Origin: Thermodesulfobacteriota bacterium
GTDB taxonomy: Bacteria; Desulfobacterota_D; UBA1144; Nemesobacterales; Mycalebacteriaceae
Reading direction: 5' to 3'
Assembly (NCBI GenBank): GCA_965198945.1
Contig: CBDAQI010000011.1
Span: 45,364 to 109,363, forward strand
DNA length: 64,000 nucleotides
The notes under the pieces are model-generated. The model was given only the letters and a program-made list of their open reading frames with translations. It searched no databases and was not told the DNA's origin. The first letter of the stretch is position 1; each line of letters starts with the position of its first letter. Below, in pieces: positions 1-9,437 of the stretch. The position numbers and the translations under genes are program-made.

Positions 1-883
1 CGAGAGCGCCGGAAAAGCACACTCCCGTGTTTTTCGCCGAGAGCTCCGCCTTGTCCACAATTCCGCCGTCCCTCTGGAAAAGAACCACAAACTCAAAATT
101 TTCTTCGTCCGCCGCCATCTCTATGATGTCTTTGTCCGTGAAACTTGAAGGGGAAATCTTTTCAAATCCGCCGTTTTCTCCGAGCGCTTCCAACTGGTCT
201 CTATAGTATGAGGCGTCTTCGTATCTCATTTCATCTGAGGCGTTTCTCATCTTTTCTTTAAGAAATTTTACGGCGTTTTTCCCGTCGCCTTTGAGAAACG
301 CTTCCGCTTTTACACACAGAGCGCGGTATTGCGTTTTGTCTATCATGCCGGCGCACGGGCCTGAGCAGAGACGCATATCATAGTTAAGGCACGGGCGGTT
401 TTTGTGTCGTTTGAACTTGTTGTTTGAGCAGTCTCTCACTGAAAAAAGTTTGTGGACGAGTTTCGCATTTTTTTTCAGCCCGCCGCCGCGTGAAAACGGT
501 CCGAAATAGGATGCGCCATCCGCATTTACACGCCGGGTTATTGAGAGCCGCGGGAATTCCTCGTTCATTGAGAGCCGCAGAGAGGCGTAGGTTTTATCGT
601 CTTTCAACTGTATGTTGAACTTCGGTTTGTGTTTTTTAATGAGTGAGTTTTCAAGTATGAGGGCTTCGTGTTCGTCGCCGGAAAGGATGTAATCAATATT
701 TGCCGTTTCACCCATGAGGTATGAAATCTGCGGCCTTGAGTCTTTTTTCCGGCTGAAATACGATCTTACGCGGCTTTTCAAATTTGCCGCTTTACCGATG
801 TAAATAACCCGCCCGCCCGAGTTTTTCATCATATAAACACCGCAGGAAGACGGCAGTGATTCATAATTCATATTCTCCGGCAT
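1..883 (-). CDS. uvrC: Excinuclease ABC subunit C, N-terminal part (runs off window)
   Basis: Hand translation from ATG 883: LPSSCGVYMMK..VIYIGKAANLKSRVRSYF..EALILENSLIKKHKPKFNIQLKDDKTY (GIY-YIG domain), then RPCLNYDMRLCSGPC; open to window edge. Confidence 0.95.
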   Translation of the reverse strand, partial: MPENMNYESLPSSCGVYMMKNSGGRVIYIGKAANLKSRVRSYFSRKKDSRPQISYLMGETANIDYILSGDEHEALILENSLIKKHKPKFNIQLKDDKTYASLRLSMNEEFPRLSITRRVNADGASYFGPFSRGGGLKKNAKLVHKLFSVRDCSNNKFKRHKNRPCLNYDMRLCSGPCAGMIDKTQYRALCVKAEAFLKGDGKNAVKFLKEKMRNASDEMRYEDASYYRDQLEALGENGGFEKISPSSFTDKDIIEMAADEENFEFVVLFQRDGGIVDKAELSAKNTGVCFSGAL

Positions 884-893
884 CACTGATTGT

Positions 894-923
894 ATTTTAA
901 CATTCGGTAAAATTCCGTTGCAA
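894..923 (-). promoter_or_regulatory. Putative sigma70 promoter of uvrC
   Basis: Minus strand TTGCAA-N18-TAAAAT with TG extension, just upstream of the ATG. Confidence 0.45.
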
Positions 924-1068
924 AAATACCCGGCGCATCGGCGCAGAAAAAAGGCAATGCTCCTGATTGGTCTGACTGGCGGCGAGTGGTGGATGCGGGT
1001 CTCAGGTTGTGTCACCCGCCGCGGCAAGAGGAATTAGCCCGGAAGGCTGTATCAGAAATCCCGGTTTT

Positions 1069-2490
1069 TCAAATTTTCCGTGCTGCGGCTATGAAAAACG
1101 CCGCAATTGAATTGAAAGACAGGAGCAGAAGATCCAGACGCAGCCCCGAAACAACATTCGGTACGAATCCGAAAAGCGACATCAAAAACAGAATTAAACT
1201 CACGGCGGTTAATGACGGAAGCGCGGTTCCGTATTTTTGCTTCCCGCTCATGATTGACAGGAGAATCATGGGCGCCATAAGAGCGGTTCCCATAAAGCCT
1301 TTCACCGCAAGTGTTATGAGGTCATCCGGGCTTTTGATTGCAAGAATGAAGGACGCCGCGCAGAAAACAAGAATTACAATTTTAACAAAAACAATCGGAG
1401 ACATTCTCAATTTTTCGCTTATTCTTCCGAGCGCATTGTTTATCTCAGAGCCAAGCGCAAAAAACTGTGAGTCTGAAGTTGACATTGCGGCGGCGAGTAT
1501 CCCTATAAGTGCTATTGCGCCTATTACGGCATTTTGTTCAAGGATAAGTTTTCCTATGAAGTCCGGCCCGCTTTCGGCGGTCATTGCAACCGCACCGTAA
1601 AGACCGATTATAAGTCCCGCAATTAAGAGAAGAAAAGTGAAAGAGGCGTGCAGAACCGGCACCTTGCGCCTTTCATTCATGCCTTTGAGAATTGAAAGTC
1701 TTGAAGTCAGCTGGGGCTGCGAAACCGGAAGTAGAACAATTGATATGAGGCCCGCAAGAAGCCACTGGGTTGACAGAAGACTCTTCGGGCCGGGTACGGA
1801 CAGAAGGGCGGGGTTTGTGATTTTTACGGTCTCAATGAGCTCTCCAAGTCCGCCGAATTTGGAAAGAACCACCGCCGCCATTATCCATATAACGGTAAAC
1901 AGCATTATTCCCTGAAGCGCGTCGCAATACATTATTCCCCTGAGTCCTCCGATGGAAGAGTAGAAAAACATGAGAGCGAGAATAAGAAGAGCCCACCCCC
2001 ATTGGGGAATGTGATAGGGGACAACAGCCGAAAGAAGGCCTGACGCCCCCTTTATCTGTATGGCTATGTAGGGAACAAGAAAAATTACAAGGCCCATTAC
2101 ATAAACCGTCACCCCGATTCCGCCGAAAGTTTTGCGCAGCAGGTCTGAAATGCTCCGGAAGTCTGACGAAGCCACCCTCTCTCTCAGTTTGAAAGCGAGC
2201 CAGAGTGTGAAGACCGCCAGAGCCATGTCCGTTACGCCGAGGAATATCCATGTTCCCACACCGTGAACCCTGAAGAAGTTGGGCATTCCTATCAGAATGA
2301 AAGTGCTGTAAAGGGTTGCGAAGAATGTGAGGAACCCTATTATCGTTCCGAGGTTTCCTCCCGCGAGGAAAAATTCGCGCTCATCCCCTTCCGTTCCGCT
2401 TTTATTCTTTCTGTTGCCGACTACGGCAAGAGTTATAAGAACCGCCAGATAGACGGCTCCGACCGCGATGAATGTTGCTCCCTTGCTCAC
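1069..2490 (-). CDS. Sodium:solute symporter (SSS) family transporter
   Basis: 473 aa polytopic membrane protein; EFFLAGGNLG, GGLRGIMYCDALQG and LAAAMSTSDSQ SSS motifs. Confidence 0.9.
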   Translation of the reverse strand: MSKGATFIAVGAVYLAVLITLAVVGNRKNKSGTEGDEREFFLAGGNLGTIIGFLTFFATLYSTFILIGMPNFFRVHGVGTWIFLGVTDMALAVFTLWLAFKLRERVASSDFRSISDLLRKTFGGIGVTVYVMGLVIFLVPYIAIQIKGASGLLSAVVPYHIPQWGWALLILALMFFYSSIGGLRGIMYCDALQGIMLFTVIWIMAAVVLSKFGGLGELIETVKITNPALLSVPGPKSLLSTQWLLAGLISIVLLPVSQPQLTSRLSILKGMNERRKVPVLHASFTFLLLIAGLIIGLYGAVAMTAESGPDFIGKLILEQNAVIGAIALIGILAAAMSTSDSQFFALGSEINNALGRISEKLRMSPIVFVKIVILVFCAASFILAIKSPDDLITLAVKGFMGTALMAPMILLSIMSGKQKYGTALPSLTAVSLILFLMSLFGFVPNVVSGLRLDLLLLSFNSIAAFFIAAARKI

Positions 2491-2498
2491 CTTACAGT

Positions 2499-2702
2499 TT
2501 ATTCTTCCCTTGAAGTCAGCATTGCAACCACAAGCACAATGTAGATTGCAAGAGAAATTCCCATGCTTACCCAGAGAGTTCTCGGCAGACCCAGCAGATA
2601 GGGTTCTGGGTTTCCTTGGGGAATCACCGCCGGAATAAAAGCCAGGGCTGTGAGAAAAATCGTGACGGGAATGAAAATTTTCCAGCGTTTTGAGTTCTTC
2701 AT
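2499..2702 (-). CDS. Small 2-TM accessory protein of the SSS transporter (DUF3311/YhdT-like)
   Basis: 67 aa, two hydrophobic helices, PYLLGLP motif, directly upstream of the SSS gene. Confidence 0.75.
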   Translation of the reverse strand: MKNSKRWKIFIPVTIFLTALAFIPAVIPQGNPEPYLLGLPRTLWVSMGISLAIYIVLVVAMLTSREE

Positions 2703-2775
2703 ATTAGCACTTTCCGCCGTCCGCTTTATAAGACTCTACATATTATGTAATAATGTTGCCGGGTTTTACAAACAA

Positions 2776-4110
2776 ATGAAACGGAAGAACGCCGGGAAAG
2801 AAACGCCTTTGCTTTACATTGAAACCTACGGGTGTCAGATGAATGAGTATGACTCCGACAGAATACGGGCGGCGCTTGGAGCCCGGAAAACACCCGACCC
2901 TTCTCTTGCCGATTACATAGTGGTGAACACCTGCGCCATCAGACAGAAAGCCGATCACAAAGCTTTCAGCAGCGTGGGAAAGTTCAAAAATCTGAAACAA
3001 AAAAATCCCGGAGTTGTAATAGGGATGGCGGGTTGCGTGGCTCAGTTATACGGGGATGCTCTGTTGAAAAAAAATCCGCATCTTGATTTTGTCATCGGTC
3101 CGCGTTCAATACCGAAACTCCCCGCTCTAATAGACGACATAGAGCGCTCAAGAGAAAATGAAAGCGCGGGCAGGTCGGAAACCTCTTTTGATGTTGAAGA
3201 GACTTTTGCAATCTCCCCGGCGCATGAAAAATCAAAAGTCGGCGCGTTTGTGTCCGTTCAGCAGGGCTGTAATAAGAAATGTGCCTACTGCATAGTGCCG
3301 ACCGTCAGAGGCGCGGAGATTAACAGGCCTCTGGAAGGAATAATGGAAGAAACACGGATGCTTGTGTCAAAAGGGGCGAAAGAAATAACTTTTGTCGGTC
3401 AAACGGTCAACTCCTGGAAGCATGACGGTAAAAGATTCGGAGACCTTCTGCATACGGCCGGGGAAATTGAAGGGCTTGAAAGGATTCGTTTTACAACCCC
3501 GTATCCGCGAGACATAACAAGGAAGATGGTTGAAGCGATGAGCGATGTTAAAAAGGTATGCCGCCACATCCACCTCCCGGTTCAGTCCGGTTCTGACAGG
3601 GTGTTGAAACAGATGAACCGCACTTATACCGTGAAATGGTATCTTGAGGCCGTTGACAGGCTCAGGGACTTTGTTCCCGACATAGCGGTTTCAACTGATG
3701 TGATAATCGGGTTTCCGGGAGAAACCGACGAGGATTTTGCCCGAACAATGAATTTGCTTGATAAAGTGCGTTTTGACAGCTCTTTTTCATTCAAGTTTTC
3801 CCCGCGTCCCGGAACTCCCGCCGCTGACTCCGCAGAGCGGGTCAGCCCTGATGTGGCGGAAAGCCGCCTCTCCGTTTTTCAGGAAAGGCAGAGAGAGATT
3901 ACTCTTGAAAGCAACCGTGAAAGAGAGGGCAGGGAAGAGGAAGTGCTTGTGTCCGGAGAGGGCAGGCACGGAAGCGGCTGGATGACGGGACGAACAACAC
4001 ACAACAGAATAGTTAATTTCATCGGAGCCCCAAGCTTGACCGGAACTCTTGCGAAAGTGCTTGTTAAAGACGGCCTTCCCAATTCCCTTCGCGGGGAGCT
4101 TGTTTCGTGA
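2776..4110 (+). CDS. miaB: tRNA-2-methylthio-N6-dimethylallyladenosine synthase
   Basis: ETYGCQMNEYDS, NTCAIR, GCVAQ, radical SAM CNKKCAYC, C-terminal TRAM domain; start placed at ATG 2776. Confidence 0.95.
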   Translation: MKRKNAGKETPLLYIETYGCQMNEYDSDRIRAALGARKTPDPSLADYIVVNTCAIRQKADHKAFSSVGKFKNLKQKNPGVVIGMAGCVAQLYGDALLKKNPHLDFVIGPRSIPKLPALIDDIERSRENESAGRSETSFDVEETFAISPAHEKSKVGAFVSVQQGCNKKCAYCIVPTVRGAEINRPLEGIMEETRMLVSKGAKEITFVGQTVNSWKHDGKRFGDLLHTAGEIEGLERIRFTTPYPRDITRKMVEAMSDVKKVCRHIHLPVQSGSDRVLKQMNRTYTVKWYLEAVDRLRDFVPDIAVSTDVIIGFPGETDEDFARTMNLLDKVRFDSSFSFKFSPRPGTPAADSAERVSPDVAESRLSVFQERQREITLESNREREGREEEVLVSGEGRHGSGWMTGRTTHNRIVNFIGAPSLTGTLAKVLVKDGLPNSLRGELVS

Positions 4111-5072
4111 AAAAGACGGAAAAAACCGTCGCCCTTATAAGTCCGCGCGGTTTCTGCGCCGGTGTGGAGAGGGCCATAGCGATTGTTGAAAAAGTTTTGG
4201 AGAAGCATGGGCCTCCAATCTACGTCAAACATGAGATAGTTCACAACAAAACGGTTGTTGAAGATTTCAAAAGACGGGGCGTGATTTTTATTGAGAATCC
4301 GGGCGAAGTTCCCTCCGGGATGCCCATAGTTTATTCCGCCCACGGAGTTTCGCGTGCGGTTAGGCGTGCGGCTGAAGAAAGGGGTCTGGAAATATATGAC
4401 GCCACATGTCCTCTCGTTTCAAGGATTCACGCCGAAGTCTCGCGTTTGCGCTCAAATGGTTACGAAATTGTGATGATAGGGCACAGGGGTCATCCCGAAG
4501 TGGAGGGAACCCTCGGCCAGTCTGACGGTGGGATCCACCTTGTTGAAAATGAAAGTGATATAGCCGCGCTCAAAGTTAAAGACCCTTTGAAACTTGGATA
4601 TGTTACGCAGACCACCCTTTCCGTGGACGACACGCGGGCTCTTGTCAGCCTGCTCCGCGAAAAATTTCCCCATATACGCCTGCCCAAAAAAGACGATATT
4701 TGTTATGCGACGCAAAACCGCCAGGACGCGGTGAAAAAATGGGCCTCGGATTGTGATGTTGTTTTTGTGGTGGGCTCTGAAACAAGCTCTAACTCAAACC
4801 GTCTGAAAGAAGTCGCCCAGCTGCTCGGAGCGAGGGCTTATCTTGTGGACAGCGCGGAGGATATAGACCCGGAATGGCTCCGGGGAGTTAAAAAAATAGG
4901 CCTTACGGCCGGGGCTTCGGCTCCGGAAAGAATAGTGGAAAATACTGCGTCCCGTTTGCGCGGATGGATGGACGGGGCGGTTGTAAAAGAGTTGGAAGTG
5001 GTCAAAGAAGACGTTCATTTCAGTGTGCCGAAAACTCTTCTCCGCGATTCGGAATCTCTTAATCGTCCCTGA
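4107..5072 (+). CDS. ispH: 4-hydroxy-3-methylbut-2-enyl diphosphate reductase
   Basis: PRGFCAGVERAI, HEIVHN, DATCPLV, DICYATQNRQ, SSNSNRL, TAGASAP. Confidence 0.97.
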   Translation: MKKTEKTVALISPRGFCAGVERAIAIVEKVLEKHGPPIYVKHEIVHNKTVVEDFKRRGVIFIENPGEVPSGMPIVYSAHGVSRAVRRAAEERGLEIYDATCPLVSRIHAEVSRLRSNGYEIVMIGHRGHPEVEGTLGQSDGGIHLVENESDIAALKVKDPLKLGYVTQTTLSVDDTRALVSLLREKFPHIRLPKKDDICYATQNRQDAVKKWASDCDVVFVVGSETSSNSNRLKEVAQLLGARAYLVDSAEDIDPEWLRGVKKIGLTAGASAPERIVENTASRLRGWMDGAVVKELEVVKEDVHFSVPKTLLRDSESLNRP

Positions 5073-5084
5073 TAAAAAGTCTTT

Positions 5085-5113
5085 TTGACAAGCAACCGGA
5101 TTTTATTTATATT
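5085..5113 (+). promoter_or_regulatory. sigma70 promoter unit 1 upstream of glnK
   Basis: TTGACA-N17-TATATT. Confidence 0.8.
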
Positions 5114-5215
5114 AACGGCCCTGCCGGAAAAATTTATTCAACTAATTATTCAATTAATTAAAAAATTTCCGAAAATATTTTCCCCGTTTTTTCTTCGCCT
5201 CCGCCCGTTTTTTCT

Positions 5216-5244
5216 TTGACAAATGGCGAAACGGCATTTATCTT
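5216..5244 (+). promoter_or_regulatory. sigma70 promoter unit 2 upstream of glnK
   Basis: TTGACA-N17-TATCTT. Confidence 0.8.
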
Positions 5245-5382
5245 AAACGTCCCGCCAAAAATAATTAGTCTCTGAACTCTCAAAACCGGTCTGCGGAAAA
5301 GCCATAAAACTTTTTCCTCAAATAAAATCAGGGTTTTTTCCGCTTTGGTTTCAAATTTTTCCGCCGATTAACTTATTTCCTT

Positions 5383-5411
5383 TTGACAAATCGGAAGATT
5401 GCATTTATTTT
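5383..5411 (+). promoter_or_regulatory. sigma70 promoter unit 3 upstream of glnK
   Basis: TTGACA-N17-TATTTT. Confidence 0.75.
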
Positions 5412-5515
5412 AACGGTCCCACCGGAAAAACCGGCCCCGAAAAACCCCTGATAAAACAAGCGATTTTTGCCGGAATTACTTTCCTGTTTTTCTGAAAAAT
5501 TCCCGATTTTTTTCT

Positions 5516-5544
5516 TTGACAAGGTTTGAGGCTGTGTTTAGAAT
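5516..5544 (+). promoter_or_regulatory. sigma70 promoter unit 4 upstream of glnK
   Basis: TTGACA-N17-TAGAAT. Confidence 0.8.
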
Positions 5545-5607
5545 CGCCCCCCGTGAAAATGATTTCCGGAAAAATCAATTCAAAAAAAATATGAGGTGAT
5601 TTCTTAA

Positions 5608-5949
<342 letters not shown>

Positions 5950-5977
5950 AATAAAAAACTTAAAGGAGAATTTTAAT

Positions 5978-7324
5978 ATGAACAAAAATCACGATTTGAT
6001 GAAAAATATCAAAATGGCGGTGAAAAAGGCGCCGAAAACTTTTTTGTTTTCTCTTGTAATTTTTGTCGCCGCGGCCGTTAACACATATGCCGCCCCGGAA
6101 ACCACGCCGGAAATGTTTACGGTTAACAACCTCTGGCTGCTTCTGGCCACAATTCTGGTCTTTATAATGCACCTTGGTTTTGCGGCTCTTGAAAGCGGCC
6201 TGACGAGATCAAAAAACACCGTCAACATACTTTTCAAAAATGTTTCGGTAATTACGATAGGTATCCTCACTTACGCTTTTTGCGGATTCAATCTTATGTA
6301 TCCGGGCTTTGCCGAAGGCGCTTCGGGCTTCTTAGGGTTTGCCGGATTTGGAATTTCCTCTCCCGACGGGGCGGCGGGTCTGATTGGATACGCGGACGGC
6401 AGTTATACTTATTTTGCGGACTTTATTTTTCAGGCCATGTTTGCCGCCACCGCAGCCACAATAGTTTCGGGAGCTGTTGCGGAAAGAATTAAACTGGGGA
6501 GTTTTCTTGTTTTTGCGGTTATTTATGTGGCTTTTGTATACCCGGTCGCAGGTTCATGGAAATGGGGCGGCGGATGGCTTGACGCAATGGGTTTTTACGA
6601 TTTTGCGGGTTCCACCATCGTCCACAGTGTCGGAGGATGGGGGGCACTTGTCGGCGCCTTAATGCTCGGGGCGAGGGTAGGAAAATATGTGGACGGAAAA
6701 GTCAGGGCTCTTCCCGGACACAGCCTGCCGCTTGCCACAATCGGGGTTTTTCTGCTCTGGTTCGGATGGTACGGGTTTAACGGCGGTTCGGTTCTTTCTG
6801 CTGATCCGGGTCTTGTTTCTCTTGTGTTTGTAACAACTTCACTCGCCGCGGCGGCGGGGGTTGTCGGAGCGATGGGCACAGCCTGGATCATAAACAAAAA
6901 ACCCGACCTTTCAATGATACTTAACGGCTCTCTCGCGGGCCTTGTGGGAATCACGGCCGGAGCCGATGTGATAAGTCCCGGAAACTCTTTTGTGGTGGGT
7001 TTAATTGCGGGAATTCTCGTTGTTCTGTCGGTAATTTTTATGGACAGAATCAAAATAGACGACCCGGTCGGGGCAATTTCGGTTCACTTGACATGCGGAA
7101 TCTGGGGAACTCTTGCCGTGGGAATTTTCAGCACAAACCCGGAACATACTTTCTTCAAGCAGATGGCGGGTGTGGTCGCATACGGGGTTTTCTGCACCGT
7201 CTTTGCGATACTGATTTTCTTCGCCGTCAAAACGGTAATGGGTCTGCGGGTTTCCAGAGAGGAAGAAATTACCGGACTTGATTTGGGTGAACATGGAATG
7301 GAAGCATATGATATTCAGAAATAA
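5978..7324 (+). CDS. amtB: Ammonium transporter
   Basis: FQAMFAATAATIVSGAVAER, DFAGSTIVH, WFGWYGFNGGS, DDPVGAISVH (both pore His present); RBS AAGGAG before ATG 5978. Confidence 0.96.
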   Translation: MNKNHDLMKNIKMAVKKAPKTFLFSLVIFVAAAVNTYAAPETTPEMFTVNNLWLLLATILVFIMHLGFAALESGLTRSKNTVNILFKNVSVITIGILTYAFCGFNLMYPGFAEGASGFLGFAGFGISSPDGAAGLIGYADGSYTYFADFIFQAMFAATAATIVSGAVAERIKLGSFLVFAVIYVAFVYPVAGSWKWGGGWLDAMGFYDFAGSTIVHSVGGWGALVGALMLGARVGKYVDGKVRALPGHSLPLATIGVFLLWFGWYGFNGGSVLSADPGLVSLVFVTTSLAAAAGVVGAMGTAWIINKKPDLSMILNGSLAGLVGITAGADVISPGNSFVVGLIAGILVVLSVIFMDRIKIDDPVGAISVHLTCGIWGTLAVGIFSTNPEHTFFKQMAGVVAYGVFCTVFAILIFFAVKTVMGLRVSREEEITGLDLGEHGMEAYDIQK

Positions 7325-7337
7325 TTTTAACTGAGTA

Positions 7338-7366
7338 TTAATTTCCCCGCCCGGGGAATTAAAAAA
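7338..7366 (+). terminator. Stem-loop between amtB and porin (possible terminator or mRNA stabiliser)
   Basis: ttaatttcccc-gccc-ggggaattaa followed by an A-run. Confidence 0.5.
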
Positions 7367-7397
7367 TAAGGGAATTACAAATAGGAGGTAATTAATT

Positions 7398-8756
7398 ATG
7401 AGAAAATTTCTCAACGGGCTTTTAATTGTTTTGAGTTTGCTGGTTGTTCCGCAGCTCGGCGCGCCGGCCGCAAAGGCGGATGTTCCAATGACTCAGTTTG
7501 TGGAGGGCGTTAATATTGGAGTGTCGCTTGACACCACATACCAGTATGTCTTCAATTGCGATAAGGAGAAGGTTTCGGAATGTCCGGCCGAAAGGGGTCT
7601 TTATGCCGAACACAACGACTTCTCAATAGACGCCTTCACACTCTCTCTTGAAAAAGAGGCAGATGGCGCCGGCGTATCTCCGATGGAGAAGATCGGTTTC
7701 AGGGCGGACATTCTTTTCGGAGAGCAGGCTGAGTATCTCGGTTTCGGGTTCAACTCTGACGGAGACGGTTCGGTCAGCCCCTATCAGGCATATGTAAGCG
7801 TTGCTCCTTCGGAGAATTTCGGTATCATCGCGGGGCAGTTCACAACGCTTGCGGGCTGGGAGCTTATAGAAGCCAAGAACAACACCAACATCACCAGAGG
7901 TCTTCTGTTCTACAGAATCCCGTTTGCCCACTCGGGAGTCCGCGCTTCATATAATGCGGGGGCGTTTGACCTGACCTTCGGCATAAGCAATGACTGGGAC
8001 GCGGTTGACGATGTGAATGACGGAAAGACTTTTGAGTTTCAAGCGGCTTATTCGCATTCGTCGGAAACCGGGTTTATAAACGATCTGTGGGCCGGAGCAA
8101 CCGTTTATGTGGGCAAGAGTGAATTTCTGGAGAATCGTTTTTTGGAAACCAGTGTGTTTGATGCGGAGGGGGACGGCGGTAATGCTATTGTGGAAAACAG
8201 GAAACCGGTTGTTAAAGAGAACGATGTGGCGGTGGAAGAGATTTTCAGGACGGGCGCTGATGTTGCAATACCCCATAAAAACAACACGCGTACTCTCTTA
8301 ACGCTTGTTACAAGCGTTACGTCCGGGAAATTCACATTTGTAGGAGATGCGGAGTTTACATGGGTGCAAGACGGAGTTGCAAAGGGGGTATACACAAAGT
8401 TTGACAGCGACAATCCGCGGACGACGACCGTTGAGACTTCGTTACTGACCGGATTGAAATACGAGAACTTCTTCCGCTGGGGAGTCGGAGGATACGCAAT
8501 TTATCAGCCGAACTCCGATATGACCCTTTCCCTCAGGGCGGAATACGTTGATGACTCCGATACGACGAATGCGGTGAAACTTTTTGAAATAACGCCGACC
8601 GTGGGATGGAAGCCTTTTGGCGAAACCGAAATGGGAACTCTGGAAACCCGTTTTGAATACCGTATGGACAGAGCCGATATCAAATACTTTCGGAGCGACA
8701 GCGGCCTGAAGAAAACACAGCACGCGCTGATTTTTCAGCTTCTGTATTTCATATAG
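7398..8756 (+). CDS. Putative outer-membrane beta-barrel porin (BBP2/DUF1597-like)
   Basis: Signal peptide; GFRADILFG, YQAYV, GQFTTLAGWELIE..NTNITR, PFAHSGVR, LRAEY, RFEYRMD motifs; aromatic C-terminus. Confidence 0.8.
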   Translation: MRKFLNGLLIVLSLLVVPQLGAPAAKADVPMTQFVEGVNIGVSLDTTYQYVFNCDKEKVSECPAERGLYAEHNDFSIDAFTLSLEKEADGAGVSPMEKIGFRADILFGEQAEYLGFGFNSDGDGSVSPYQAYVSVAPSENFGIIAGQFTTLAGWELIEAKNNTNITRGLLFYRIPFAHSGVRASYNAGAFDLTFGISNDWDAVDDVNDGKTFEFQAAYSHSSETGFINDLWAGATVYVGKSEFLENRFLETSVFDAEGDGGNAIVENRKPVVKENDVAVEEIFRTGADVAIPHKNNTRTLLTLVTSVTSGKFTFVGDAEFTWVQDGVAKGVYTKFDSDNPRTTTVETSLLTGLKYENFFRWGVGGYAIYQPNSDMTLSLRAEYVDDSDTTNAVKLFEITPTVGWKPFGETEMGTLETRFEYRMDRADIKYFRSDSGLKKTQHALIFQLLYFI

Positions 8757-8797
8757 AGACGGTCTGATTTACAAAACGGCTCGCGCCTGACTTTCAG

Positions 8798-8836
8798 GAA
8801 AAAGCCGACCCCGATTTATTTGCGGTCGGCTTTTTC
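8798..8836 (+). terminator. Rho-independent terminator (bidirectional)
   Basis: gaaaaagccgacc...ggtcggctttttc inverted repeat. Confidence 0.85.
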
Positions 8837-8858
8837 TATTGTAAAATGAAACTTTCGC

Positions 8859-8931
<73 letters not shown>

Positions 8932-8947
8932 GTTTTCCCTTAAAGTG

Positions 8948-8977
8948 TTGACAATAGCAGTCAATGTTGGGTAGATT
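8948..8977 (+). promoter_or_regulatory. Promoter with overlapping palindromic operator upstream of the XRE gene
   Basis: TTGACA-N18-TAGATT; inverted repeat TTGAC-N7-GTCAA at 8948-8964. Confidence 0.6.
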
Positions 8978-9023
8978 TGGAAAGTTAAGTTATTTTATTT
9001 AACAAAATTTGAGTGTTTTTGTT

Positions 9024-9437
9024 ATGACTTTTGGAGACTATCTGAGAGCAAAGCGCAAGCAGAGAGGCATAACCCAGGGCGCGCTCGCGCACTACCTGGA
9101 TGTTTCAAAGGTGTATATACACCAGCTTGAGACCGGCAAGGCCGACTCGCCTTCACGCGAAAGGTGCCACCAGATTGCGCAGTATCTGCGTGTAAGCGTT
9201 GAGGAAATATGGAATCTCTCCAGGCGTGAAAAGCTGCACAAGTTTATTGAAAAAGAGCTTATTGGTGAGAAAGATCTTGAGATACTCACCGATGAGGAGA
9301 GATATCTTGTCAAGTTATACAGGGTTCTTGATGACGAGGTAAAAAAGGACTTCAATGGGATGGTCTTTATGTTGTTCAAGCATTATGAGAACTCTGAGGC
9401 TAAAAAGATACTTGAAGAATTTCTTAAATGCGCCTGA
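9024..9437 (+). CDS. XRE-family helix-turn-helix transcriptional regulator
   Basis: FGDYLRAKRKQRGITQGALAHYLDVSKVYIHQLETG HTH_3 pattern; C-terminal LTDEERYLVKLYRVL. Confidence 0.88.
   Translation: MTFGDYLRAKRKQRGITQGALAHYLDVSKVYIHQLETGKADSPSRERCHQIAQYLRVSVEEIWNLSRREKLHKFIEKELIGEKDLEILTDEERYLVKLYRVLDDEVKKDFNGMVFMLFKHYENSEAKKILEEFLKCA

Noticed and set aside
970..1028. ZMP/ZTP riboswitch (GACTGGCG..GGTGG..CCCGCC.GGCA resemblance), SAM-I or SRP RNA
   Set aside because: Missing the CCAC/GGGAG partner and the SRP GGAAGGAAGCAG motif; SAM-like words fall on opposite strands; no co-oriented downstream gene
986..1600. 204 aa plus-strand ORF
   Set aside because: Lies antisense to the SSS transporter and has no recognisable motifs
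5080..5570. CRISPR array
   Set aside because: Conserved parts are promoter boxes with a variable 17-bp interior, the period of 130-170 bp is irregular, and no cas genes are present
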